Below, one piece after another: positions 8,902 to 18,685 of a DNA stretch of 64,000 nt; position 1 is the first letter of the stretch; each line of letters opens with the position of its first letter. Source of the DNA: Eubacteriales bacterium (GTDB lineage Bacteria > Bacillota > Clostridia > Oscillospirales > QAKW01); assembly GCA_045539135.1 (NCBI GenBank), contig JAZQET010000002.1, positions 593-64,592 on the forward strand, in the 5' to 3' direction. Position numbers and translations under genes: made by a program. Below the pieces are notes generated by a model. The model was not told where the DNA came from, made no database searches, and worked only from the letters and a program-made list of their open reading frames with translations.

Positions 8902-9321
8902 ATGGATATGAAAAAAGGCATTGAAAAGGTAACCAAGAATAAGACCTTAACTGAATTTAAGGAGTTTATCTCCAAGGGCAATATTTTGGATATGGCCATC
9001 GGTGTTGTTATGGGTACTGCTTTCAAGGACATCATCAACAGCGTGGTGGATATCATTATGAGTATGATCGGCTTGGTGATCGGCACCAACTTTGAAAACC
9101 TTACATTCACCATTAAAGATGCTACCATCAAATACGGTGCATTTATTCAGAACGTGATCGACTTTTTGGTGATCGCCGTTTGCTTGTTTATGGTCATCAA
9201 GATCATGGCCGCCTTCCATCGCAAGAAGGAAGAGGAAGTGAAGGAAGAGATCGCTGCAGAGCCTGAAAAGAGCGATGAAGTGAAGCTTCTGGAAGAGATC
9301 CGCGACCTGATGAAAAAGTAA
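8902..9321 (+). CDS. mscL: Large-conductance mechanosensitive channel
   Basis: FKEFISKGNILDMAIGVVMGTAF...INSVVDIIM matches the conserved MscL TM1 region. Length is typical for the family. Confidence 0.9.
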   Translation: MDMKKGIEKVTKNKTLTEFKEFISKGNILDMAIGVVMGTAFKDIINSVVDIIMSMIGLVIGTNFENLTFTIKDATIKYGAFIQNVIDFLVIAVCLFMVIKIMAAFHRKKEEEVKEEIAAEPEKSDEVKLLEEIRDLMKK

Positions 9322-9371
9322 AACAAAAAACGCTTGGCTTAAGGGTTGTACAGTTAAGGACAGTAAAGAAT

Positions 9372-9407
9372 AAATCATCCCCATCGAATAATCGATGGGG
9401 ATGATTT
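9372..9407. terminator. Bidirectional 16-bp perfect hairpin between mscL and the GIY-YIG gene
   Basis: aaatcatccccatcga ataa tcgatggggatgattt. Confidence 0.7.
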
Positions 9408-9418
9408 GTTTAAGTGTA

Positions 9419-10087
9419 TTATTTCCTATAAATATCAATTGGTTGTCCTTTTGCGTCTTTCCAAACAGTCCATCCATTGTTAGAATGACCCAACGCAATC
9501 CACCCCGCATTTGTAGGGGAGTTTGCATCTGTAGTCGCAAGAAGAACATTATCTTTAATCGGAGCATTTTTTCGCGCCTCAGGAACCCAACCTTCCTTAG
9601 TTGGAGCGCAAACACTACCTTTCTCAACAGAAAGTTTTCCATCCACTACAATCATTGTCGCAGTAACTTTTCCAAAGCCTTTCACATTTTGAGAGAGATA
9701 ATATTTGCCATCAGGGATAAGAGCCCAATCTTCTTTTATTTTGTGTTCTTCCGTAGCGGCAATAAAGACTTCTTCTTTTGTTAAAGTTTCTGGGAATATT
9801 TGCTTGCCCTCGAAAGAAGACAGTAATTGAACAACCAAATCTGCATCTAGTGAAAATAGTTCAGAACCCAGAACATTACTTTTGCCAAATATTTCATCAA
9901 GAAGTTTTTCTTTTTCGTCGTAATCTTCTACTTCTATCGCGAACTTTCTTTTAAGGCCAACCACATTAAAATATCCGTTCCGTTCCAATTGGTACATTCT
10001 ACTTTCAAAGTTATCTGTTCCAGTTTTGCCAATTTTAATAAGACCAGGTACGACGGTTGTCATTACATAAATAATTCCTTTAGCCAC
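9419..10087 (-). CDS. GIY-YIG/T5orf172 (MUG113-like) nuclease-family protein with a DUF4357-like C-terminal domain
   Basis: N-terminus GIIYVMTT..PGLIKIGKTG..FESRMYQL.. fits the T5orf172/GIY-YIG pattern. C-terminus ...SPTNAGWIALGHSNNGWTVWKDAKGQPI fits the DUF4357 pattern. The gene is visibly more AT-rich than its neighbours. Confidence 0.7.
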   Translation of the reverse strand: MAKGIIYVMTTVVPGLIKIGKTGTDNFESRMYQLERNGYFNVVGLKRKFAIEVEDYDEKEKLLDEIFGKSNVLGSELFSLDADLVVQLLSSFEGKQIFPETLTKEEVFIAATEEHKIKEDWALIPDGKYYLSQNVKGFGKVTATMIVVDGKLSVEKGSVCAPTKEGWVPEARKNAPIKDNVLLATTDANSPTNAGWIALGHSNNGWTVWKDAKGQPIDIYRK

Positions 10088-10271
10088 GACTTTTATTACC
10101 TCTGCTTTTGATTTGTTTATTTGATTATATCATATTTAACAAAAGTATTCAATAGCTTTTCTTTCTTCGTATATTAGTTGCTTTAGTAGATGGGTTTAAG
10201 GGTTTTAGGTTCTCCTAACAAGTGATATTTGGTGCCCAAATGTCCTGCTTGCCAAGGTATGAGACAAAATT

Positions 10272-10305
10272 AAAAGCTGTGTAGAAATTTTCTACACAGC
10301 TTTTT
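10272..10305. terminator. Hairpin terminator downstream of uppP
   Basis: aaaagctgtgtagaa att ttctacacagctttt. Confidence 0.7.
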
Positions 10306-10347
10306 CTAGCCTTTAGAGTACGCCCCATACAGCCAAGCGTTTTTTTA

Positions 10348-11172
10348 TTACATAAAGAGGATGAACACCGCCAAAACGATGATGCCGAGCACAATGCGGT
10401 ACCAGCCGAACAACTTGAAATCGTGCTTCTTCACATAGTTCATCAAGAAGCGGATAGAGAGCACAGAGACCGCAAAGGCAATCGCCATTCCCACCAGCAG
10501 CACCGCGATCTCGGTTCCGCTGAAATCCAGCCCGAACTTCACGATCTTCAGAGCGCTGGCACCCAGCATGGTGGGCAGAGCAAGGAAGAAGGTGAATTCC
10601 GAAGCCGCCACACGGGATACACCCAAAAGCAGAGCACCGATGATGGTGGCACCGGAACGGGAGGTGCCGGGGATCATGGAGAGCACCTGAAAACATCCGA
10701 TCAGGATGGCGGTTTTATAGTTGATGTCCATAATATCGTTGATTTTGGGCTCTCTCTTGCGGTTTTCGATCAAAATAAAGATCACACCGTAAAGGATCAG
10801 CATAATGGCGATGGTCACCGCATTGCCGAAATGAGCCTCCAAAAAGTCATCAAACAAAAGACCCAGCACCGCCGAAGGCAATACCCCTGCGATCACGCGG
10901 AACCACATTCCGAAGATCTCCTTGCGGATCACCGGCTTGGTCTTATCCTTGAACTGGAAGGGGAACATTTTATTCCAAAACAGCACCAGCACCGCCAAAA
11001 TGGCACCCAACTGAATCACCACAAAGAACATTTCTTTGAACTCTTCGCTCATCTGCAAGGGCAAGAATTCATCCACCAAAAGCATATGACCGGTACTGCT
11101 GATGGGCAACCATTCGGTGATGCCTTCCACAATACCGATAAGAACAACCTTAAACCATTCAAAAAAATTCAT
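10348..11172 (-). CDS. uppP: Undecaprenyl-diphosphate phosphatase
   Basis: N-terminal signature GIVEGITEWLPISSTGHMLL plus PGTSRSG; polytopic, 274 aa. Confidence 0.95.
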   Translation of the reverse strand: MNFFEWFKVVLIGIVEGITEWLPISSTGHMLLVDEFLPLQMSEEFKEMFFVVIQLGAILAVLVLFWNKMFPFQFKDKTKPVIRKEIFGMWFRVIAGVLPSAVLGLLFDDFLEAHFGNAVTIAIMLILYGVIFILIENRKREPKINDIMDINYKTAILIGCFQVLSMIPGTSRSGATIIGALLLGVSRVAASEFTFFLALPTMLGASALKIVKFGLDFSGTEIAVLLVGMAIAFAVSVLSIRFLMNYVKKHDFKLFGWYRIVLGIIVLAVFILFM

Positions 11173-11261
11173 GAGACAGACCTCCTATTCCCCACTATTA
11201 TATAATAATGAGCATAAAAAGGCAAGTATGAAAAAACACTCCATTTTCCTTCTCCCTTAAA

Positions 11262-11300
11262 ACCGCTCAAAAGAGATGCAGGGATGACATACGCCGATGA
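11262..11300 (+). repeat. Partial copy of the dispersed structured repeat (see 11352-11434 and 39568-39651)
   Basis: accgctcaaaagagatgcagg... matches the 5' part of the 39568 copy (accgctcaaatcggatgcaga...). Confidence 0.5.
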
Positions 11301-11351
11301 AAAGGAAAAGGAGAGAGCAATGCTCTCTCCTTTTTTAACAGCCATCTCAAA

Positions 11352-11434
11352 AACGATCAAAAGGGATGGAGGTCGCCGTTTCTTTCGGCGAAGGCGTATG
11401 CCGATACGCCGAGAAGAAAAAACGGTGAGATACG
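11352..11434 (+). repeat. Dispersed roughly 80-nt structured repeat, copy B
   Basis: Aligns with 39568-39651 along its length. Inner hairpin ggcgtat gccg atacgcc (11393-11410). Closing pairing tcgccgttt (11373-11381) with aaacggtga (11420-11428). Confidence 0.6.
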
Positions 11435-11450
11435 CCCTTTTGTTCGTTTT

Positions 11451-12197
11451 TTATTCATAATCAACCACGTCTGCCCACTTCAGCAAGAATTCTCTTTCTT
11501 CAGGCTTACCCTTTACGGATTGGGATGCGGCTACAATGGGCAACCACTTCTGCACATACTGCTTGGCGGTATCGCTCTTTTTGCAGAAGAGATCCAAATA
11601 CTGCTTGGCAAGTTCTTCTTTTCCTTGGAGGGAGAAAAGAAGGTAGGTTCTTGCCACATCGGCAGAAGCGTTGCCCTGAGTAGCATGGGACCAGTCGATG
11701 ATATAGGCAGTGCCATCCTTGGCGATGATGATATTGGAGGGGTTGAAGTCGCCGTGGCAGACCTTGGTATGCTTTTTCATACCCTCCAAGCGGGTATGAA
11801 GCTCATAGCGGGTGGTGGCATCCAGATCGGCTTGGGAGATCTTCATATTCATCTTATCTTTCAGCTTATTGAGGTAGGGGGCTTTTTTGCTGTGCACCAG
11901 CAGTTGCAGATCCACAAACAGCTCCAAATATTCCTCGGTCTTTTCGGGGTTTTCCTGCATCAGCTGGGTGAGGGTCTTGCCTTCGATGTAATCGGAAACG
12001 ATGACCCATCTGCCGTCTTCCAAGGTGGTAACCTCCCGTACGCGGGGGATATTCAAGCCTGTTTCCTCCACTCTTGCCTGATTAAGGGCTTCATTGAGGA
12101 TATCGGCTTTGGAATAACCGAGGGCAAACACTTTATAAACACGGTCACCATCCCGATAGATGGTTTTATTGGTTCTTTCGGCAATTACAGTTTTCAT
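11451..12197 (-). CDS. Aminoglycoside/choline-kinase-type phosphotransferase family protein
   Basis: Catalytic loop VCHGDFNPSNIII and IIDWSHA (APH fold). ATG 12197 follows AAGGAGG. Track ORF trimmed by 12 codons. Confidence 0.8.
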   Translation of the reverse strand: MKTVIAERTNKTIYRDGDRVYKVFALGYSKADILNEALNQARVEETGLNIPRVREVTTLEDGRWVIVSDYIEGKTLTQLMQENPEKTEEYLELFVDLQLLVHSKKAPYLNKLKDKMNMKISQADLDATTRYELHTRLEGMKKHTKVCHGDFNPSNIIIAKDGTAYIIDWSHATQGNASADVARTYLLFSLQGKEELAKQYLDLFCKKSDTAKQYVQKWLPIVAASQSVKGKPEEREFLLKWADVVDYE

Positions 12198-12201
12198 TGA
12201 C

Positions 12202-14820
12202 TCAAACCTCCTTATGGGTGCCGTAATAGGCATTGAGATACATCTCTTTGATCTCGCTCATCAGCGGGTAACGGGGATTGGCAGCGGTGCACTGATCATC
12301 GAAGGCCTGCTCCACCATCTCATCCAAGCGAGAAAGGAAATCCTGCTCCTCCACACCGTAGTCCCGAATAGACTTCTTGATGCCCACGGTCTCTTTCAGA
12401 TCGTTGATGGCTTTGATCAGGTTCTCCAGTTTCTCTTCATCGGTCTTACCGCCCAGACCCAAGTAATCGGCCACTTCAGCGTAGCGGGCAAGGGTATGGG
12501 GATGGTCATATTGAGAGAAGGTACCCATCTTGGCGGGCACTTCGCTGGCATTGAAGCGCAGCACTTCCTCGATCATCAGGGCATTGGCAACACCGTGGGG
12601 CAGGTGATGGAAAGCACCCAGCTTATGGGCCATGGAGTGGCAAACACCCAAGAAGGCATTGGCAAAGGCCATACCTGCCATGGTGGCGGCATTTGCCATC
12701 TTTTCTCTTGCCTCCACATCGGTCAACCCGTTCTCATAAGCGCGGGGCAGGTAGGTAAAGATGGTCTTGAGAGCCTTCAGCGCCAGACCGTCGGTATAAT
12801 CGGTAGCCAGCATAGCGGCATAAGCCTCCAGCGCGTGGGTCACAGCGTCGATACCGGAAGCGGCGGTCAGACCCTTGGGTGCGCTCATATGCAGGTCGGT
12901 ATCAATGATCGCCATATTGGGCATCAGTTCATAATCGGCAAGGGGATATTTCACACCGGTGGTCTCATCGGTAATCACCGCAAAGGGTGTTACCTCGGAG
13001 CCGGTACCGGCGGAGGTGGGGACGGCAATGAAATAGGCCTTTTCGCCCATCTTGGGGAAGGTATAAACACGCTTGCGGATATCCACAAACCGCATTGCCA
13101 TATCCATAAAGTCTACATCGGGATGCTCATACAGCACCCACATAATCTTCGCGGCATCCATTGCAGAGCCGCCGCCCAAAGCGATGATGCAATCGGGCTT
13201 GAAGCTATTCATCTGCGCCGCACCCTCCTTGGCATTGGCAAGGGTGGGATCGGGTTGTACATTGGAGAAGGTGGCATAAGCAATGCTCATTTCCTCCAGC
13301 TTATCGGTGATGCACTTGGTATACCCGTTTTCAAACAAGAAGGTATCGGTCACAAGAAAGACCCGCTTTTTGCCCAATACATTTTTCAGTTCATCCAATG
13401 CTACCGGCAGGCAGCCTTTCTTCATATACACCTTTTGAGGTGCGCGGAACCACAGCATATTTTCCCTTCTTTCTGCAACGGTTTTAATATTGATCAGGTG
13501 CTTGACCCCCACATTCTCCGAAACAGAGTTGCCGCCCCAAGAGCCGCAACCCAAGGTCAAAGAAGGAGCAAGCTTGAAGTTATAAAGATCACCGATACCG
13601 CCCTGAGAGGAGGGGGTATTCACCAAGATACGGCAGGTCTTCATACGGGCGGCAAATTCTGCCAGTTTTTCCCGTTCGGCGACTTCGTTCAGGTAGATGG
13701 AGGAGGTGTGACCGTATCCGCCGTCGGCAACCAGATGCTCTGCCTTTTGAAGGGCATCTTCAAAATCCTCTGCCCGATACATTGCCAACACGGGAGACAG
13801 CTTTTCATGGGCAAATTCCTCTGCCAGCTCCACGCTTTCCACTTCTCCGATCAGCACCTTGGTGCTTTCGGGAACGGTAACACCCGCCAAAGCGGCGATG
13901 GTCACCGGCTTTTGACCAACGATCTTGGCATTCAAAGCGCCGTTCACGATAATGGTCTTGCGCACCTTTTCGGTCTCTTCTTCATTAAGGAAGTAGCAAC
14001 CTCTGGCGGCAAACTCTGCCTTCACTTCGTCATAGAGATCCTTAAGGATGATCACCGACTGCTCGGAGGCGCAGATCATACCGTTATCAAAGGTCTTGGA
14101 ATGGATGATGGAGCTGACTGCCAACTTCACATCGGCAGAAGAATCAATAATGGCAGGGGTATTACCCGCGCCCACACCCAATGCGGGGGTACCGCTGGAG
14201 TAAGCCGCCTTCACCATTCCGGGACCGCCGGTGGCAAGGATGATATCGGATTCCTTCATCACCGTGTTGGTCATCTCCAAGGAAGGAACATCGATCCAGC
14301 TGATGATGCCCTCGGGCGCGCCTGCCTTTACTGCCGCATCCAGCACGATCTTGGCGGCATGGATGGTACAGCCCTTGGCACGGGGATGGGGGCTGATGAT
14401 GATACCGTTGCGGGTCTTTAATGCCAAAAGGCACTTAAAGATGGCGGTAGAGGTGGGGTTGGTGGTGGGGATCACCGCCGCGATCACGCCGATAGGCTCG
14501 GCGATCTTCATGGTGCCGAATGCCTTATCCTCTTCGATCACACCGCAGGTCTTGGTATCCTTATAAGCATTATAAATGTATTCTGCGGCATAGTGGTTTT
14601 TGATCACCTTATCTTCCACCACGCCCATACCGGTCTCCGCCACAGCCTCTTTGGCAAGGGGGATCCGCATCTGATTGGCGGCAACTGCCGCCGCCTTAAA
14701 GATGGCATCTACCTGCTCTTGGGTGTAGGTGGCGAATTTCGCTTGCGCCGCCCGCACATTGGCAAGTTCTTTTTCCAGTTGCTCCACGCTATCTACGATC
14801 TCACGCGTGTACTTGTTCAT
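12202..14820 (-). CDS. adhE: Bifunctional acetaldehyde-CoA/alcohol dehydrogenase
   Basis: 872 aa with an N-terminal ALDH half and a C-terminal Fe-ADH half (GGGSAMDAAK, HSMAHKLG). Confidence 0.95.
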   Translation of the reverse strand: MNKYTREIVDSVEQLEKELANVRAAQAKFATYTQEQVDAIFKAAAVAANQMRIPLAKEAVAETGMGVVEDKVIKNHYAAEYIYNAYKDTKTCGVIEEDKAFGTMKIAEPIGVIAAVIPTTNPTSTAIFKCLLALKTRNGIIISPHPRAKGCTIHAAKIVLDAAVKAGAPEGIISWIDVPSLEMTNTVMKESDIILATGGPGMVKAAYSSGTPALGVGAGNTPAIIDSSADVKLAVSSIIHSKTFDNGMICASEQSVIILKDLYDEVKAEFAARGCYFLNEEETEKVRKTIIVNGALNAKIVGQKPVTIAALAGVTVPESTKVLIGEVESVELAEEFAHEKLSPVLAMYRAEDFEDALQKAEHLVADGGYGHTSSIYLNEVAEREKLAEFAARMKTCRILVNTPSSQGGIGDLYNFKLAPSLTLGCGSWGGNSVSENVGVKHLINIKTVAERRENMLWFRAPQKVYMKKGCLPVALDELKNVLGKKRVFLVTDTFLFENGYTKCITDKLEEMSIAYATFSNVQPDPTLANAKEGAAQMNSFKPDCIIALGGGSAMDAAKIMWVLYEHPDVDFMDMAMRFVDIRKRVYTFPKMGEKAYFIAVPTSAGTGSEVTPFAVITDETTGVKYPLADYELMPNMAIIDTDLHMSAPKGLTAASGIDAVTHALEAYAAMLATDYTDGLALKALKTIFTYLPRAYENGLTDVEAREKMANAATMAGMAFANAFLGVCHSMAHKLGAFHHLPHGVANALMIEEVLRFNASEVPAKMGTFSQYDHPHTLARYAEVADYLGLGGKTDEEKLENLIKAINDLKETVGIKKSIRDYGVEEQDFLSRLDEMVEQAFDDQCTAANPRYPLMSEIKEMYLNAYYGTHKEV

Positions 14821-14933
14821 TTTTTCTTCTCCTTTTCCAAAATCATCTATCTCGATCTCTTAATCTCCGAAAAATAGTATAGCAAAAGGCGAGAATTTTG
14901 TGAAATGCTGTTTTTGCATAGGGCTATGTCAAT

Positions 14934-14967
14934 AAAAACATAAGTCCCGCTTAAAGCGGGACTTATG
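14934..14967 (-). terminator. Intrinsic terminator ending the dehydrogenase operon
   Basis: Stem ataagtcccgc/gcgggacttat with a T-run on the minus strand. Confidence 0.7.
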
Positions 14968-14968
14968 T

Positions 14969-15952
14969 TTATTCCACGGTCAAAACGACCTTACCTACAT
15001 TTTCACCACGATACAGGATGTCCTGCGCGGCTTCCGCCCGGGTGATGGGCAACACTTTATAGATGGTGGGCTTCACTGCGCCTGCTTCCACCTTGGGCCA
15101 GACCTTCTCCACCAGCTCTGCCAAGATCTGCGCCTTCACGGCGGGGGTGCGGGAGCGCAGGGTACTGCCGATGATCCGCACATTCCGCACATAGATATTC
15201 TTCAGGTCGATCTCGGTCTTGGTGCCTGCCAAAGCAGCGATCATGATCCAGCGAGCGCCGTGCTTCAGGTAATGGATGGATCTGCCCATCATTTCCCCGC
15301 CCAAGCAGTCGATGGCCACATCCACAGGATGCCCCTCCTCTAACTGCTTCTTCAGCACCTCTGCAATATCTTCTTTCGAAGTATTGACCACCACATCCGC
15401 ATTCAGGTGACGGATGGACTCTGCGATCTCATCGGAGAGCACAGTGGTGATCACCCGCACCCCAAAGGCCTTTGCCATAGGAATGATCACGCTGGCAAGA
15501 CCCGATGCGCCTGCGTGCATCAGCAGGGTATCCCCCTCCTGAATATTGCCCTCCATAAACAGATTCAGGTAGGCGGTGGCAAAGGCTTCGGGCATTGCCG
15601 CCGCTTCCACCATGGTGCAGTTTTCGGGCACCGGCATCAGCATATCATACTTCACATTGGCATATTGGGCATAGCCGCCGCCCCCCAGCAGGGCGCAAAC
15701 TTTATCGCCCACCTTCCAACGGGATTTTTCAGCGGCTTCCGCACCCATCTCCACAATGGTGCCTGCAATTTCAAGACCCATCCATTCAGGGCAACCGGGA
15801 GGCGGGGGATAATCCCCTTCCCGCTGCATCAGATCGGCACGGTTCAATGCGGCGGCTTCGATCTTCACCAAGCAGTCCTCTGCGCCCACAATGGGGTCGG
15901 GCACATCCGCCCAGCGCAAGCTTTTATCGTCATTTACCAAAATCGCTTTCAT
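14969..15952 (-). CDS. NAD(P)H:quinone oxidoreductase (MDR family, PIG3/Qor type)
   Basis: LNRADLMQREGDYPPPPG...GLEIAG and the Rossmann motif HAGASGLAS. Confidence 0.8.
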   Translation of the reverse strand: MKAILVNDDKSLRWADVPDPIVGAEDCLVKIEAAALNRADLMQREGDYPPPPGCPEWMGLEIAGTIVEMGAEAAEKSRWKVGDKVCALLGGGGYAQYANVKYDMLMPVPENCTMVEAAAMPEAFATAYLNLFMEGNIQEGDTLLMHAGASGLASVIIPMAKAFGVRVITTVLSDEIAESIRHLNADVVVNTSKEDIAEVLKKQLEEGHPVDVAIDCLGGEMMGRSIHYLKHGARWIMIAALAGTKTEIDLKNIYVRNVRIIGSTLRSRTPAVKAQILAELVEKVWPKVEAGAVKPTIYKVLPITRAEAAQDILYRGENVGKVVLTVE

Positions 15953-16929
15953 TCTTTACTCTCCTCGCAACATTTTAATATCGTTTTATAGAGATTCAAC
16001 TCATCGTCATAGGAATTGGGGTTTTTCAGCTCCCCTGCCGCCATTTTGGCAAAGGTCGCCATCATTTCTTCATAGCGGTCAAAGGGGGCTGTCTCCGAGG
16101 AAATTCCCCGATCCCGCCAAGCCCGCTCCGTATACTCGGTTTTTGCCGTTGCCACGGTATCGCCCTCAAATCCGATCTCCAAGGGCTTCAGCTCCACCGT
16201 TTTTTCGGTGCCCACAACCACCAGTTGACGGCGGGCATAGCCCCCGATCTCATGGGCGGTGGTTTTGGCAAAGGAAACACCCTTTGAATACTCCAACAGC
16301 GCAAAGCCGAAATCAGCGCCCTTATTCATCGGGATGATTTTTTGCGGTACGCCTTGAATCTGCAAAATCAGATCGATCAGGTGGCACCCCAAAAAGAACA
16401 TCATTCCGCCGGAGTAGCCCTTCAGCCATTCTCGCACCTCTTGGGTGTGGATACAGTTCATCTGCGCCTCCACCGAAAGGATCTCCCCAAAAGCGCCCTC
16501 CTTGACCTCTTTCAGCAACTGACGGATGGCGGGATTATAGCGGTACATATAGCCCACATGGAAGACCTTTCCGCTTTTTTTCATTTCCCCGATCAGTTCC
16601 TCAAAGGCGGCAAGATCGGTGCCGCCCGGCTTTTCCATATGAATATGCTTTCCTGCCTTCGCCGCCAAGAGAGCATATTTGGTCAGGTATTTTTCTTCGG
16701 TTTCAACGGTCACTGCGTCAACGGTGGGATCGGATAAGATCTCTTCCACCGTAAGTTCTTGATAGCCCTCAAAGGCGGCCATCGCCTTGGGGAATTTTTT
16801 CCGCTCTCCTTCCGGCAACGCATAGCCTGCGATCTCAAAAAGATCGGTCTGCTTTGCCAAGGAGTGAAAGATCATCCGCCCGTGACTGTTTTTACTGGTG
16901 CCGATCTGCGCAATCCGAATTCTTTTCAT
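15949..16929 (-). CDS. Gfo/Idh/MocA family oxidoreductase
   Basis: N-terminal Rossmann IRIAQIGTSKNSHG and an EKP motif (HMEKPG). ATG 16929 overlaps the upstream stop (ATGA). Confidence 0.8.
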   Translation of the reverse strand: MKRIRIAQIGTSKNSHGRMIFHSLAKQTDLFEIAGYALPEGERKKFPKAMAAFEGYQELTVEEILSDPTVDAVTVETEEKYLTKYALLAAKAGKHIHMEKPGGTDLAAFEELIGEMKKSGKVFHVGYMYRYNPAIRQLLKEVKEGAFGEILSVEAQMNCIHTQEVREWLKGYSGGMMFFLGCHLIDLILQIQGVPQKIIPMNKGADFGFALLEYSKGVSFAKTTAHEIGGYARRQLVVVGTEKTVELKPLEIGFEGDTVATAKTEYTERAWRDRGISSETAPFDRYEEMMATFAKMAAGELKNPNSYDDELNLYKTILKCCEESKE

Positions 16930-17939
16930 TTCAAGCCCTCCCAATCGAACTGCACAATGGGGAATGCAGGCTCTTTTGCCAAGCGATCGTAAACACTTGA
17001 AGCCTCTTTGGGAGTGTGTACCTCATCCACCAATGCGGAGGGACGGATGCGCCCGCTTTCGGTCAGCCGCTTTAATGCCGCCATATCGTCCTTTTGCGTC
17101 CACCAGCCTGCGGAGGATTCTTCGTTGGGACGGGCGCGGGTATGGGCACCGATCAGCGTGATCCCCGGACCGTGCACCTTACGATAATAATCAATGGAAA
17201 AATCGCTGCTGCGGGTACAGCCCAATAGAGCTACCCGACCAAAGGGTGCCATACAATCCAAAATACCGTCCAACCCCTTGCCGATGCCGGTCACTTCGAT
17301 GCCCACCTTGGCACCGCCGTCGGTCAAGGTTTTCACCTGTTGGGCAAAGGTGGGATCATAGGGATCCAAGGCATAATCGGCTCCGCATTGCAAGGCTTTT
17401 TCACGCTTTTCAGGCATAGGATCCACCGCAATAATGGGTGTTGCACCTGCCGCACGCAACAGCTGCACTCCAAACAGTCCCAAAACACCCAAGCCCATCA
17501 CAATGGCACTCTCCCCCAACTCCAAGCGGCATTTCCGAATAGCCGCCAAGGGGAAGATCCCGATATGAAACAATGCCGCATCGGCAAAATCAATTTCATC
17601 AATGGGGCAAACGTTTTCGGCAGATATGGTCACATATTGGCGGTGCTTACTCCAAGAGAGCGCCACCCGATCCCCTGCCTTGAAATCGGTTACCCCTTCC
17701 CCTACCTGCACAACAGTGCCGGCAGAACTATAGCCGCCGTAGCGAGGGAATTTTGCAACTTTTTGATCTTCGGCGACACTGACCCGCAGATCACCCACCA
17801 AGTTTGCACGCTCAGTGCCGCTGCTGATCGTGGAAACCGACAGCCGCACCAACACCTCTCCCGCTTTGGGCAGGCGGACTTCATCTTCTAAAAGTTCCGC
17901 TTTATTTGCTTCAACAAATACAATATTGTTACTTTTCAC
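16926..17939 (-). CDS. MDR-family (zinc-type) alcohol dehydrogenase-like oxidoreductase
   Basis: GroES-like N-terminus (VSTISSGTE) and the Rossmann motif VMGLGVLGLFGVQLL. Confidence 0.75.
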   Translation of the reverse strand: MKSNNIVFVEANKAELLEDEVRLPKAGEVLVRLSVSTISSGTERANLVGDLRVSVAEDQKVAKFPRYGGYSSAGTVVQVGEGVTDFKAGDRVALSWSKHRQYVTISAENVCPIDEIDFADAALFHIGIFPLAAIRKCRLELGESAIVMGLGVLGLFGVQLLRAAGATPIIAVDPMPEKREKALQCGADYALDPYDPTFAQQVKTLTDGGAKVGIEVTGIGKGLDGILDCMAPFGRVALLGCTRSSDFSIDYYRKVHGPGITLIGAHTRARPNEESSAGWWTQKDDMAALKRLTESGRIRPSALVDEVHTPKEASSVYDRLAKEPAFPIVQFDWEGLK

Positions 17940-18685
17940 AGCAATAACCCCCGTATGGTCTTCACATCCTCCAAAAGAGGCTGTGCTTTGGTTGACAGTT
18001 CATTATGCTCATAAACACAAAGGTACATACAATCGCCGATCACAGGCGCCACACGGCGCAACAACCTGCACTCGCCACCCGCCAGAAAGAGGAAGGGGAT
18101 CTTCAGTTCCCGCTTCAAAAGATCAATGATCCGCAGGTTTTCGATCTGCTCCTCCATGGTTTCGGCACCGGTCACGATCTTGGCAATATCTGCACCGCGC
18201 CGCTGATGCTCCAATGCCATCTCCAGCACCCGCTCCGCAGGCGTGAAATGATAAATATGAGAGGACATCAGCACCTCTGCCCCCGCCTGATGGAGGGCAT
18301 CGATCAGTGCCCGTTGCTTTTCCACCGCGTCAGGGTCTATGGCAAGCTCATCGGGCTGACGGTCAAAAAGATCGCCCATCACATCGCAAAGGGTGGCACC
18401 GCTTTTGGCAAGGGTCAAAAGACCCTCCGCCAGTTCTTCATCGGACTTCTCTTTGTTAAAGCCCGAGCGGTAGTGGGTCACATAGCAAGGCTTCTCCCCC
18501 ATGGCGGCAAAGATCCGCTCATAGCTTTCGGGGCTTTGATCCTCCAAGCGGCAGGTCTGCAAGCCAAAGGCTTCCGCCCCTGCTTCCAATGCCTTTTTTG
18601 CAACGGTTTTGGCATACTCCTCTGCGGGAGTTTGGATCATCACCGTAAGCAACGGCTTATCATACGTTAAAAATGTTTTTTTCAT
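17936..18685 (-). CDS. Type I 3-dehydroquinate dehydratase-like protein
   Basis: The block SSHIYHFTP...GADIAKIVTGAE...PFLFLAGGE..RR parallels the AroD His and Schiff-base Lys (GADIxKI) arrangement. Confidence 0.55.
   Translation of the reverse strand: MKKTFLTYDKPLLTVMIQTPAEEYAKTVAKKALEAGAEAFGLQTCRLEDQSPESYERIFAAMGEKPCYVTHYRSGFNKEKSDEELAEGLLTLAKSGATLCDVMGDLFDRQPDELAIDPDAVEKQRALIDALHQAGAEVLMSSHIYHFTPAERVLEMALEHQRRGADIAKIVTGAETMEEQIENLRIIDLLKRELKIPFLFLAGGECRLLRRVAPVIGDCMYLCVYEHNELSTKAQPLLEDVKTIRGLLL

Noticed and set aside
8757-9131. N-terminal 125-codon extension of the TIR ORF in the track (7806-9131)
   Set aside because: The extension overlaps the clearly real mscL gene on the other strand and encodes AT-rich nonsense. 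The TIR domain begins exactly at the internal ATG 8756, which has an RBS.
10313-11205. 127-aa minus-strand ORF (10313-10696) and 260-aa plus-strand ORF (10423-11205) overlapping uppP
   Set aside because: The UppP frame carries the diagnostic EWLPISSTGH motif. The alternative frames are composition artefacts.
12160-14421. 753-aa plus-strand ORF antisense to adhE
   Set aside because: It lies wholly inside the unambiguous AdhE frame. The translation is a low-complexity G/H/I/L-rich string with no motif and no RBS. This is a typical shadow ORF created by the codon bias of the true gene.
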